NCBI RefSeq assembly: GCF_009914755.1
Contig: NC_060925.1
Source: the human T2T-CHM13v2.0 reference genome, Homo sapiens
Reading direction: 5' to 3' (one strand)
Length of the DNA stretch: 64,000 bases
Both the position numbers and the translations under genes were made by a program. The notes beneath the pieces were generated by a model that saw nothing but the letters and a program-made list of their open reading frames with translations, did no database searches and was not told where the DNA came from. Below, piece after piece: positions 49,451 through 64,000 of this stretch; within the stretch, counting starts at the first letter, position 1, and each line of letters opens with the position of its first letter.

Positions 49451-50881
49451 AAATATATGATGAAGACTTATTTTCATATAAAATATAACAAATATTCCAT
49501 TTTATTTTTAAATTATGCAAACATTCTATAATTTTTTTTGTCCTATAAATCCAGGAGTTTCTTTTCTACATGATTATCCTGGATAAAGTTAGACATTGAG
49601 GCAGTCTGTGATAGCTTCTTAACTTCTTTCCAGTATTATAGCTTCTGTTAGCTGGCAACAACCAGAGCCAAATCTACAATTTGGATTTCAGATTTAGTAA
49701 GTGGTAAATCATTTGTAAGACCCAAGACACACAAAGCTGCAGCAGTGACAATATCCTCCCCAAGCATTTCAGAAGGATCACAAGCACACTGCCAACATTT
49801 ATTAATTGCTCTATAAAAAGACACACATGAAGGCATGAGCCCCAAAAGGTCTGACAATGTCAAAACATCACTGGGATTACTGTTAACTGTCATTTAATTC
49901 TGAAGCAAAAGCTGCTCATGGAATTATAGAACAATTAATAAACCTCCAGGTCTCTTTCATATATTTAAAGAGTTTTTGTCCAAATTATGGATTTTCTTCC
50001 TCCTCTGACAGTTTGAATGCTGCATTGAATTAACCTATTCTGCATGTCTCTTTCCCATATGAATATTGTTGCCCAATAGTCCTGCCATTTAGAATCCAGG
50101 ATCTAGAGATCCTCTGTGGGTGTCTTTCACATCTGCGAAATGGAGGTAACACTCTTGCAAAAGAGTCTACCTAGCAACGCTCCTGTAAAAACTAAAAACA
50201 GGTTTATTAATTTACTTTTTTTTTTTTTGAGCCAGGTGGTCTTATTATGTTGTCTAAGCTGGTCTCAAACTCTTGGCCTCAAGCGATCCTCCCATCTCAG
50301 CCTCCTGAGTACCTGGATTATAGGCAGGAGCCACAGAACCTCTCTTAATTTTTTTTTAACTCTGTAGTATCCCCAAGAAAGTCAAGTACGTGAAAACCTC
50401 CCAAACAGATGATGAGTGATTATATTTTTAAGGATTCTTACTATATAGCTATTAATCACACCACAGATACAAATGGTAATCACAGATACAAATGGTATGT
50501 ATCTGAAGATTATGTGAAGATATGATGACATAGGAAATGCTCTTAATGTATTATGAAATGAGAAAACCAGGCTACCAAACTGTAAGAATGGAATGACGAC
50601 AATTTTTAGAAACCACAGTGTGTGCACACATAGATGGATGTGTGTGTGAATGTATGTGTGTATATATACATATATAGAATGCAGGGGATGCACCAACACG
50701 TTCATTAAAATGATCTCTGACCAGTGGGATTACTGGTGACTCTTCTTTTATTTACTTTTCTATAGTTTCCTAATTTTCTACAATGAACACCTATTATTTT
50801 GTAATAAGTTAATTTTCAAAAGATATTTTTAAAGAATCCATTATAGGCTTCTTTTAAATAGCTAGATACTCTGTACATTTA

Positions 50882-51238
<357 letters not shown>

Positions 51239-51399
51239 ATTTTTATTATCACAACTACTATGCAAAGTGAGACATACCTACCTAACTTATTGATTCATGT
51301 TGGAAACACCCCCACCAATCTAGAGATCTGAAAGCCAGTAATTTTCACTATCTAAAAGACAACTGAGAACCAATAAATTAGCAAAAAAGGAATCTGTGA

Positions 51400-52543
<1,144 letters not shown>

Positions 52544-52569
52544 TTAAAAAAGCATTTGAATGGTTTTAA

Positions 52570-52942
<373 letters not shown>

Positions 52943-52999
52943 TAGTGTTACTTATTAATCAATTCTGAGAAGTTTGACACTGACTCCCTGGCCCTATAC

Positions 53000-54000
53000 A
53001 AATTAAAGACAGCAAAATAGGCCTCAAGAGGTAGCGATGGGTGCGATAGCAGAGCGAGCCGGCGCCTACAAACAGGTGGGGAGGGGGGTGGTGGGGAGAG
53101 TGGGGGGTGCAGATGGTGGTAGCAGAGGAGCCCCGCACACCTTAGACGTTCTGAGCTGGAACAGTGAAAGAGCCTCAGCAACGAGGACCAAGAGCCTGCC
53201 ACATCAGGGTAAATGAAAGGAATACATGTTTCAAAAACAAAAATGTTTTAAAAATTTGCAGCTTGGGTTCTTAAAGAAAGAAGTTGCAGTTACCTGGAAG
53301 ATTCATCAAAATTCACCAATACCGAGAAGTTTTTTCTCCACCCCCAGTGCTAGACAAAGGAGGTGTGATTTGTCCAACGCTCGCAGCCATTTGAGCCACC
53401 CCACACGGAGGCGAGCCTCGCTAGCGCCTCGGTTACAGCCTTTCCCGCAAGGCTTCATTCAGTCGCGCCGGCTCCGGGGATGCTGCCTTCTCTCGGGCAG
53501 GTGCTTCGGCCCTCCAGACTGGGCCCGGACTGACCCCCGCAGCAGCCCAGCCTCTCCGGAGGGCTGGAGGGGGCAGGCGCAGCCACAGCCGCGCTCCGAG
53601 GGTTGGGGCCCTGGGGCCTTCCCGGGAGCCGCCACCGGCCCTTAGGGAGAGAATTGATGGACTCGTTGAAATCACAAGTTGCACACGTTACTTTTCACTC
53701 CACCTGCTCATCGAAAGGGAATCCCTTGTTTCTCCTTTCTTTCCCTCTGGGTGACAAACCATTTAATATGCGTAGCGCTTAGTATTTTAAGTGCTCGACG
53801 ACCACTTAAGGCTGGTCCCAGGGCGATCATCAGAAACAGAGAGATACAACCCCATTTGGAGTTGGGTGACTTTCTTAGAGCAAGCAGTTTTGAAGGATTT
53901 GCGGGGGCGTGGAGCGGGGAGGTGGGAAATAACCAGCTTTGCCGCACAAAAGGTAAATGCCAGCCTGATGGCTTGAGGGGAGAGAGGGCGCCAAAGTGAG
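53000..54000. promoter_or_regulatory. Second (orphan) CpG-rich island, core ~53375-53640
   Basis: Non-repeat GC/CpG-rich sequence with G-runs at 53077-53107. Confidence 0.75.
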
Positions 54001-54239
54001 CTTCCGTAAGGCTTATAAAGGCTTGGGAAGTTCTGGTCAAACTAACGAGCAGTTGATTCCACCTAGGATCCCTTAGGTCAACCTGTGGACAGCACCCCCT
54101 TAGGGGAAGTTTCTGGAGTCCTTAGCCCCTTGGATCAGAGCAGTTTTGCCTTTGTTAGTTTTAAATTCTGAATACACTTGTCTTTGAAAAACCATAAGCA
54201 AAACTTAAAAAAAAAGTTTCTGCTTCTAGAATGTAGGTA

Positions 54240-54710
54240 AAGGTTGAGGACACTTCAGTTGGAAGTTTGGGTTACATTCTACGCTCACTAGTCCCCAGGC
54301 AAGTCAACTACTTGAGCCCTAGTTTCCAAGGATGAGAGGTGGAAATGATGTTATTTGTCTCACATGAGATAACATGAAAACAGCTTGCAAGTTAGTAATA
54401 CTTCACCCAGTCCATAGCGGTATTCAGCCTACCTCTGTCACTTCTCCCAGGATTAGAAACACCCAGCCTTGCTGGTCTCGAACTCCTGACCTCTAGTGAT
54501 CCGCCTGCCTCAGCCTCCCAAAGTGCTGGGATTACAGGCAAGAGCCACCGCGCCCAGCCCCAATGCTGCCATATGTTAGGTACATAATCTTAGATATGTC
54601 ATCTAGCTCTTCTTAAATGTAGTTTCCTCACTTGTAAAATGTTTGTTAATACCTGCCTTATCCTCCCCAGAGGGTTATTGTGAAAACCAAATGAAGCAAC
54701 ACTTAAGCTT
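54240..54710. mobile_element. MIR fragments flanking an Alu left-arm fragment (54472-54560, minus)
   Basis: gtttcctcacttgtaaaatg; Alu consensus piece. Confidence 0.65.
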
Positions 54711-55118
54711 TCGTGTTTAAATTGATGTAAAAATATTCATGTTGAATGTGTTAATGTACTGAAATTGTCAACATTTTTACTTACAGACTGTCTTACAGCG
54801 TAATTTGCCCAAGGCCTGATGTTATGAACTGCCTCCTTTTTTTTTTTTTAATTCATGAAGAACTTGTAACATAATCCCATTTCAGTCAAATTGAAAACTC
54901 AGGTTTAAAACATTGCTGTTCAGAGGTAATGGGGGATTGGAACTTGCATTCCCTAATTGCTCATCTGGACAAGATTAAAATGGTCACACTATACTCTGGT
55001 TTCTCTTCAAATGGTATAAATCTTTCGCTTTAAAATTGTCACACTGGCTTTATTAGTTCTGTTAAAGGTTTTTCTGGTAGGCTTCAGTGGAATTTTATTA
55101 GTTAGAAATATTAACGTA

Positions 55119-56061
<943 letters not shown>

Positions 56062-56394
56062 CTGAATCTCTTTAAACCAGGGGTTCTAAACACGGGGGTA
56101 AAAGGATACCTATGATAAACTGCTGCTGGTAGAACTTTTCTGGCAGATCTTGCTGCTGCCTACCTGGCCTCTCAGGGTAACGGAGCCTGAATCGAGCATG
56201 GTCCTCTCTGCCTCACTCTGCATAGCATAGACATGTGGTTGCCCACACTGCCTCCTCTTTCTCTCCTCACCTGCCTCACCTCCAACACACCCCCTACTCC
56301 GACTCCCCAGTTGTGTCCACTCTGTCTAGCGATCTAGAAATGGGAGACGTCAGAAAATGAACAGGTATGGAAAGTAACATCTTAGGTGAAAACA

Positions 56395-56840
56395 ACCTGT
56401 GTCTATTAATGGATTAATGGATAAACACATGTGATCTATACATGCAGTGGAATATTCTTCAGTCTTAAAAAGGAATTAAATTCTGACGCACGTTACAACA
56501 CAGATGAACTGTGAAGACGCTATGCTAAGTGAAATCAGCCAGACACAAAAGAACAAATATTGCATGATTCCACTTGCCATGTATATGAGGTACCTAGAAT
56601 AGTCAAATTCTTAGAGACAGAAAGTAGAGTGATTTTTGCTAGAAGTTGGGGGAGAGGGGAATGGGAAGTTATTGTCTAAGGAGTATAGTTGCAGTTTTCA
56701 CAAGATGAAAAAGTTCTAGAGATGAATGGTAGTGATGGTTGCATGACGATGTGAATATACTCAATGCCACTGAATTGTACACTTAAAAATGGTTAATATG
56801 GTAAATTTTATGTTAGGTATATTTTACCATAGTTTTTTTA
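56395..56840 (+). mobile_element. L1MB 3' end fragment
   Basis: atgctaagtgaaatcagccagacacaaaa...cacttaaaaatggtt. Confidence 0.88.
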
Positions 56841-58188
56841 ACGTAACATCTCCTAGCAGAAAGTTTAAGGACACCCAGTGATGTGCTTTTTTTCTCCCAC
56901 CAAAAGGTCAAACTCAGGACCAATTCAAGTTCCCTGACCAAAGTGTTAGAAATTAAAGATAAGTGCTTATTACTTCTCTAGAATATCTTGCTGTGTTCCA
57001 CTTATTATAGGACTGGCTTAGCCAGTAAATTATATCTTTATTTCTCACTCACCAAACAGCAGGAATTATAAGTGGATAAGTAGGATTTAGTCATATACTG
57101 AAAATATAATTGTGCTGGTAACCTAAACTCTAGCAAATACTCTTAGCAATGCAGGAAACCGCTAACTACTTTTCCCTATAAAATGTCTCAGTTTTCAAAA
57201 ATCTCAGGTGTCTTAGTACCCTTTCAAAAAATTAAGACAGTATTGTGGTACTTTACTACCTGCTCATTTATAAATTCATTTGTATTAAAGGCAAATAATG
57301 TTGATAGGACTCCCAAAATTCAGTACTTTGAAAGGCCTGAATACACTGGGCTGTATAACAAGGAATGCAGACGAATACTTGATTTAATTATAATGTTTGG
57401 TCCAATACTCCTAGCCTGGTTTAAAGGAGAGATTGCTTTGTTCAGTGGAATGACTTCTTTAACAATGAGCCATTCATTCACTTGTGATAGCACCAGAAGG
57501 AGAGAATTACTGGTTCTTCAAAATCGCTTTTTAAAGCAAGAAATTAACCTTTTGGGGTGAGGAGGGCTAGAAACAGGTAAAGGTTAGGAAATCAGATCTA
57601 GAATAATTGGACCTAGACCACCTGGGACTTGGAAGCCAGTTCCCAAACTCAAATTATCTGAATTCTAAACTAGGGACCCTATTCCTATGTTTCATTGCTG
57701 TTGTTGTTTTCTCACTCTGTCACCCAGACTGGCATGATCATGGCTCACTGCAGCCTTGACCTCCTGGGCTCAAGCAATCCTCCCACCTCAGCCTCCAAAA
57801 GTGCTGGGATTACAGGTGTATACCATTGCACTCAGCCCTATTCCTGTTTTTAGTATAAATAAACCTCTATCACACGGAACACAACTGATGCTCATGAACA
57901 CTTTAGCTCGTCTCCCCAGCAGAAGAAGCAAAAGCTAAGGGGGCCAAGTGACCTTCTGCCCCTCTGTCTCGAAGCCATGGTTGAGGTGGTGAAAGAAGGA
58001 GAACACGTTCTCATCCTCTTCAGAGGACAGTTTTTCCTTCAGAATCGTCTACATAGCACCCTTCATCTGAATTGAAGACTCCTCAAAATAAAACAGCTCT
58101 ATTTGGGGGCATGAGGAATTTGTAATGAGGAAGAAAAATGAGGTTTTGGATGAGGACGAGAGACAGTTCTTGCACAGAGAGCCAGTTA

Positions 58189-58639
<451 letters not shown>

Positions 58640-58699
58640 TTAACCCAACTTTATGATTCTATTGTGTTTATCAGAATTGCTTTTCTATTTCAGGGATTT

Positions 58700-59073
58700 C
58701 CCAGGCAAATAACTTTATTGTTTATTACAGAAACTTCCAACTCTTTTAATAAAAAGCATCAACTGTTTATGTCCTAAGATTCTTTGAAACCCTGTCTCAA
58801 AATCCTCGGCCAACTGTTGCCACCAACACTAAACCACCCTTTCAAAAAATTAAGAATTGGGTAATTCTTACCCAATGCTACCAAAGCCACATCGAAAGAC
58901 CTGTACTAAACCAAATTTCAAATTCTCAACAAATTCCAACCTTACCTTTTCCCCTCCAAGACCCTATCAAAGCTCTATGGATGAGGTGTTCTCCCTAACC
59001 ACAGTAAGCAATGAACTTGGCTATGTCTTATCAACAGGCTGTGCGGTAGTATTTGGGGATCCAGCATTCAACA
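58700..59073 (+). mobile_element. Old ERV-type LTR fragment (family uncertain)
   Basis: 3' end ttatcaacaggctgtg...tatttggggatccagcattcaaca resembles old ERVL LTR termini. Confidence 0.45.
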
Positions 59074-59512
59074 TCCTAATATGTACAGTACATTAGAAGG
59101 TTAATTGATAATCATTGCCGGCACTTCAATAGATGAAAAATAGAATATTTAACATAGTAGTGTAGGGCTTTACAATTTACAGAAGGCTTTCCCATGGGTG
59201 ACTTCACTGGGCTCACTTACAGTGCACTATGAGAGGTGAGGGGTAAATATTAGTATCATGACCAAGTCACACATGAGAACACAGCCCAAAGACGGGACAT
59301 GACTTATCTGAGGCTGAAGGGGACCAATTAAAAGCCAGAGTAGAATCTTTATTCTAGGTCTCCCAATTTTAAATATTGACTGTTAACCTACGGAAGTCCC
59401 AACGGCAATATTTAGTATTTACATTAAGAGATGAAGCATTTTCTTAAATCTTAAAGAACCAAAGTGTATTTGTTTGCTAGGGCTTCTGAACAAACCACAA
59501 ATTGGGTGACTT

Positions 59513-60367
59513 TGTGGCACCGAGGGGTTAATTTGATCAGGTCTGCCTGCCCTGCTTGCTTTTGCTCACTAGCTTTTTCTTTTTTCCTTTTTCCATGAAG
59601 CAGAAGGCCGTGGTAGTTGAAGGTCTTGCCACTGAACTCTGAAACTTAACCTTCACTGGCTACTTTATATATAACATTCATACATTACCATGGTAATGGC
59701 TGCTTCGGTTGTTTTTCAGGAACTTGGGCCCGCTCCTGTTCAGTTCAAACTAGTTGAGACCACTGACTGACTCTTCCGCCCACCCCGGCCTCCCAGAGTG
59801 CTGGGATTACAGGCGTGAGCCACCGCATCCGGCTAGTCCTCTCCTCATTCTAACTTGCTCTCTGTGCCAAAACTGTCTCTTGTCCTCATCTAAAACCTCA
59901 TTTTTCCTCCTCATTACAGATTGCTCATGCCCCCAAATAGAGCTGTTTTATTTTGAGGAGTCTTCAATTCGGATTGAAGGATGCAGGCACTGGGCCCTCA
60001 TGAGTGCCTGAGAGGTGGCCTTTTGATGTTGGAGGGCCCAAAACTCCACCCTCCTGATCATGCTAGCAGCACCATTTTCTGTGCATATGTCCTATAAAAT
60101 GCCACAAACCCCAACTATGTTTGCACAACATGAACCCATTACTTCATTTTTCCCCACCGCCAATCACCTCTCCCTGCACCTTAGACAACCCCACTCCCCT
60201 AACCCATCAATATCCCTAAGCTTTATCTTTGGGGAGGCAGATTTGAGAACTGTTCTCCCACCTCCTTGCTTGGCAGCCTCACAAATCTTTTCTCTTTTGC
60301 AAAACCCGTGTCACAGTGATTGATTTACTGTGCACAGGCAGAACGGACCTGGACCTGGCCGGTGACA
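59513..60367 (+). mobile_element. ERV solo LTR (family uncertain) nested in an MLT1 LTR; carries a foreign 210-bp insert
   Basis: TG...CA ends; it splits the MLT1 motif gggtgactt|...|ttagaacaaccaaaattt. Confidence 0.75.
59775..59984 (-). repeat. Inverted copy of 58056-58264
   Basis: Direct reverse-complement match, about 24 differences in 210 bp by eye. Confidence 0.95.
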
Positions 60368-61467
60368 TTAGAACAACCAAAATTTGTTGTCTCACAGTTC
60401 TGGAGACGAGAAGTCCAAGATGAGGGTGTTGGCAGGGTTGGGTCTTTCCGAGGGCTGAGAAGGAGAATCTGTTCCAGGCCTCTCTTCTCACTTCTGGTGG
60501 TTTGCTGGTTTGCTGGCAGTCTTTGGTGCTCCTTGGCTTCTGTCGCATCACCTGGTCTCTGCCTCCATTGTCACATGGTATTCTGCTTGTGCGTGTGTCT
60601 GTGTTCCCCCAGCTTTTTTTTTTTTTGAGACTAGGTCTCCCTCTCTCACCCAGGCTGGAGTGCAGTAGCACAACGATAGCTCTCTGGAGCCTTGACCTCC
60701 CAGACTCAAGCGATCCTCCTGCATCAGCCTCTTGAATAGCTGGGACTACAGGCGTGCATCACTACACATGGCTAATTTCTTATTTTTTGTATAAGCGGGG
60801 TCACGTTTTGTTGCCCAGGGTGGTCTCAAACTCTTAGGCTCAAGTGATCCTTCTGCCTCCACCTCCCAAAGTGCTGGGATGATAGGCATGAGCCACTGCA
60901 CTCAGCCACATTTCCCCTTTTTATAAAGACACCAGTTTTACTGGATTCAGGGCCCAGCCTACTGTAGTATGACCTCATCATACTTTAACTAATTACATCT
61001 GCAGTGACCCTAGTTTCAGAGCCCCGATGCTAAGCATTACACAATGACCCTATTTTCAAATAAGGAAATCTAAGGTACTGGGCTTAGGACTTCAACATGT
61101 GAGCTGGGGTGGGTAGGGGAAACATGCAATTCAACCCACAGCACAAAGATAATGAAAGTTTGGTCCATCTCTGCAAGCCCAACAGTTCATAATTGATCCT
61201 TGTATTCCAGTAAATCCTTGGGACTAGGGATGGCTTTTAAGACAGGAAAATTTGCTTTAGTGCAGTAATGCTTATTACCCTAGGCAGATAAATTTCCTGG
61301 GCTGCTATGTGGCTAATTTTATTTTATTCTCACTAATAAGTAATCATGAATACTTCATGAATTATTGAGCAAAATGCATGCCTGAAAGCCACTGCTTGTA
61401 TTCAGTTTAAAGAATAGGTCCATTTCAACTGAATTTTGAGTGATAGCAGTAAATAAATTGTGTCTAC

Positions 61468-61750
61468 TGGTGACTCACACCTGTAATCCCAGTGCTTTGG
61501 GAGGCTGAGGCAGGAGGATCACTTGAGGCCAGGAGTTCTATACCAGCCTGGGTAATATAGCAAGATCCCATCTCTACAAAAAATTTAAAAATTAGCTGGG
61601 TATGGCAGCACACACCTGTAGTCCCAGCTACTCAGGAGGCCAAGGTGGGAGGATCACTGGAGCTCAAGAGGTCAAGGCTGCAGTGAGCTGAGATTGCACC
61701 ATTGCACTCCAGCCTTGGTAACAGAACAAGACCCTGTCTCAAAAAAAAAT
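61468..61750 (+). mobile_element. AluJ
   Basis: TSD aaattgtgtct. Confidence 0.9.
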
Positions 61751-62299
61751 TGTGTCTGCAAAAGAACCTGGTCCAGTCTGGTGCATGCTACATGCTACAC
61801 TCCTACTGGTAAAGATGGGTTTGTGTAAAAATGTAGCTTGAAGAAAATGATGTGTTTTAGTCTACAAAAGTAGACAGGGAACATGGTCTGTTACTAACTT
61901 GGGTGAATTTATTCTGGAACCTTTTCTGCTTTAACATTCAAAGGTTGATCCCAGGAGAAAACATTCTACTCCTCAACATGGGTCTTGCCTGATTCATTTA
62001 CCAACTATGACAGTAAGTACTGATCCATGTAGTCAATGCTTTAAAAAAAACCAGTGACGACAGCCTAGACAGGCTGTTCTTTTTCTTCCTCTCCTTTTTA
62101 GTTCATTTTTGTTGATTTTGATGGAAATCTCTATTTTGAGGGAAAGAAATATATTTGCTTACTGTAATCAGATGTTTTTTGAGCCAGTGCATTAGATGTT
62201 TTCATGGTTATATCAATTTTAGTTTTATGTAATATCAAATAGATTTAAGTATTACATACATGTATATATACATATGAAATCTATCTGTAAATTATAAAC

Positions 62300-63120
<821 letters not shown>

Positions 63121-63262
63121 GGCATTGGTTTCCAAACTTTAAAAAACTGTAATATGTTTTATACACACATATTTTACAGGTACCATAAATACTTTACATC
63201 ACAACTGTACACACATGGTGCACACATATGTGAAACCAACAATTTATGAAACAAAACTTACT

Positions 63263-63466
63263 CTTTTTTCTTTTTTTTCACTCCAGCACTCAAGTTGGAG
63301 TGCAGTGGTACAATCACAAGGCTCACAGCAGCCTCCACCTCCCAGGCTTACGTGATCCTCCCATCTCAGCCTCCCAAGAAGCTGGAACTACAAGCATGCA
63401 CCACCATGCCCAGCTAATTTTTGTATTTTTTGTAGAGACAAGGTTTCACCATGTTGCCCAGGCTGG
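63263..63466 (-). mobile_element. 5'-truncated AluJ
   Basis: TSD aaaacttactct. Confidence 0.85.
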
Positions 63467-63546
63467 TAAAACTTACTCTTACTATACTAAGTTTTTCCAC
63501 TCTACTGAATTTTATTTTGTTTGTTTAAAAAAAAAAAAGTTGGTTG

Positions 63547-64000
<454 letters not shown>

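Larger units (their letters stand above)
59464..61140 (-). mobile_element. MLT1C/D LTR interrupted by the ERV LTR and an AluJ (60613-60908)
   Basis: ctcacagttctggag...gagaatctgttccaggcctctc...taattacatctgca...aggacttcaacat. Confidence 0.85.

Noticed and set aside
49648-49893. 81-aa minus-strand ORF
   Set aside because: No recognisable family; the region is better explained as non-coding regulatory DNA.
54085-54110. CTCF-like agcaccccctt aggg
   Set aside because: Core spacing deviates from the CTCF consensus; not supportable by eye.
57183-57560. 125-aa ATG ORF in unique DNA
   Set aside because: No recognisable homology or promoter context; would need BLAST or Ribo-seq support.

Overview
Primate (most likely human) genomic DNA, dense in Alu, L1, L2, MIR and MaLR/ERVL repeats, with no bacterial-type features. 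The main landmark is a CpG island at ~28.5-30.1 kb. It holds the promoter and first exon(s) of a minus-strand protein-coding gene: a Kozak ATG plus 2 nt, then a GTGAGG donor at 28660-28656. This best fits CNOT6L, whose N-terminus I recall as MR|LIGMPKEK; the identity is from memory and unverified because exon 2 is not in the window. Bases 1-28.2 kb are intron 1, and 30-64 kb is upstream intergenic DNA with a second, orphan CpG island at ~53.0-54.0 kb. Almost all ORFs in the supplied track are Alu, L1 or GC-rich artefacts. The best leads are: (i) a ~210-bp inverted templated duplication (58056-58264 copied into an LTR at 59775-59984); (ii) a repeat-interrupted, stop-poor, coding-like stretch at ~40.4-42.9 kb that may be a fossil exon; (iii) candidate recursive splice sites in intron 1 (24905/24904 and 8022/8021); (iv) a possible extra in-phase coding first exon (28334-28288); (v) the orphan CpG island, which has a minus-strand donor; and (vi) an intact MLT2A2 solo LTR. 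I found no clear evidence of a wholly new biological system. Repeat subfamily names come from remembered consensus sequences and boundaries are approximate.
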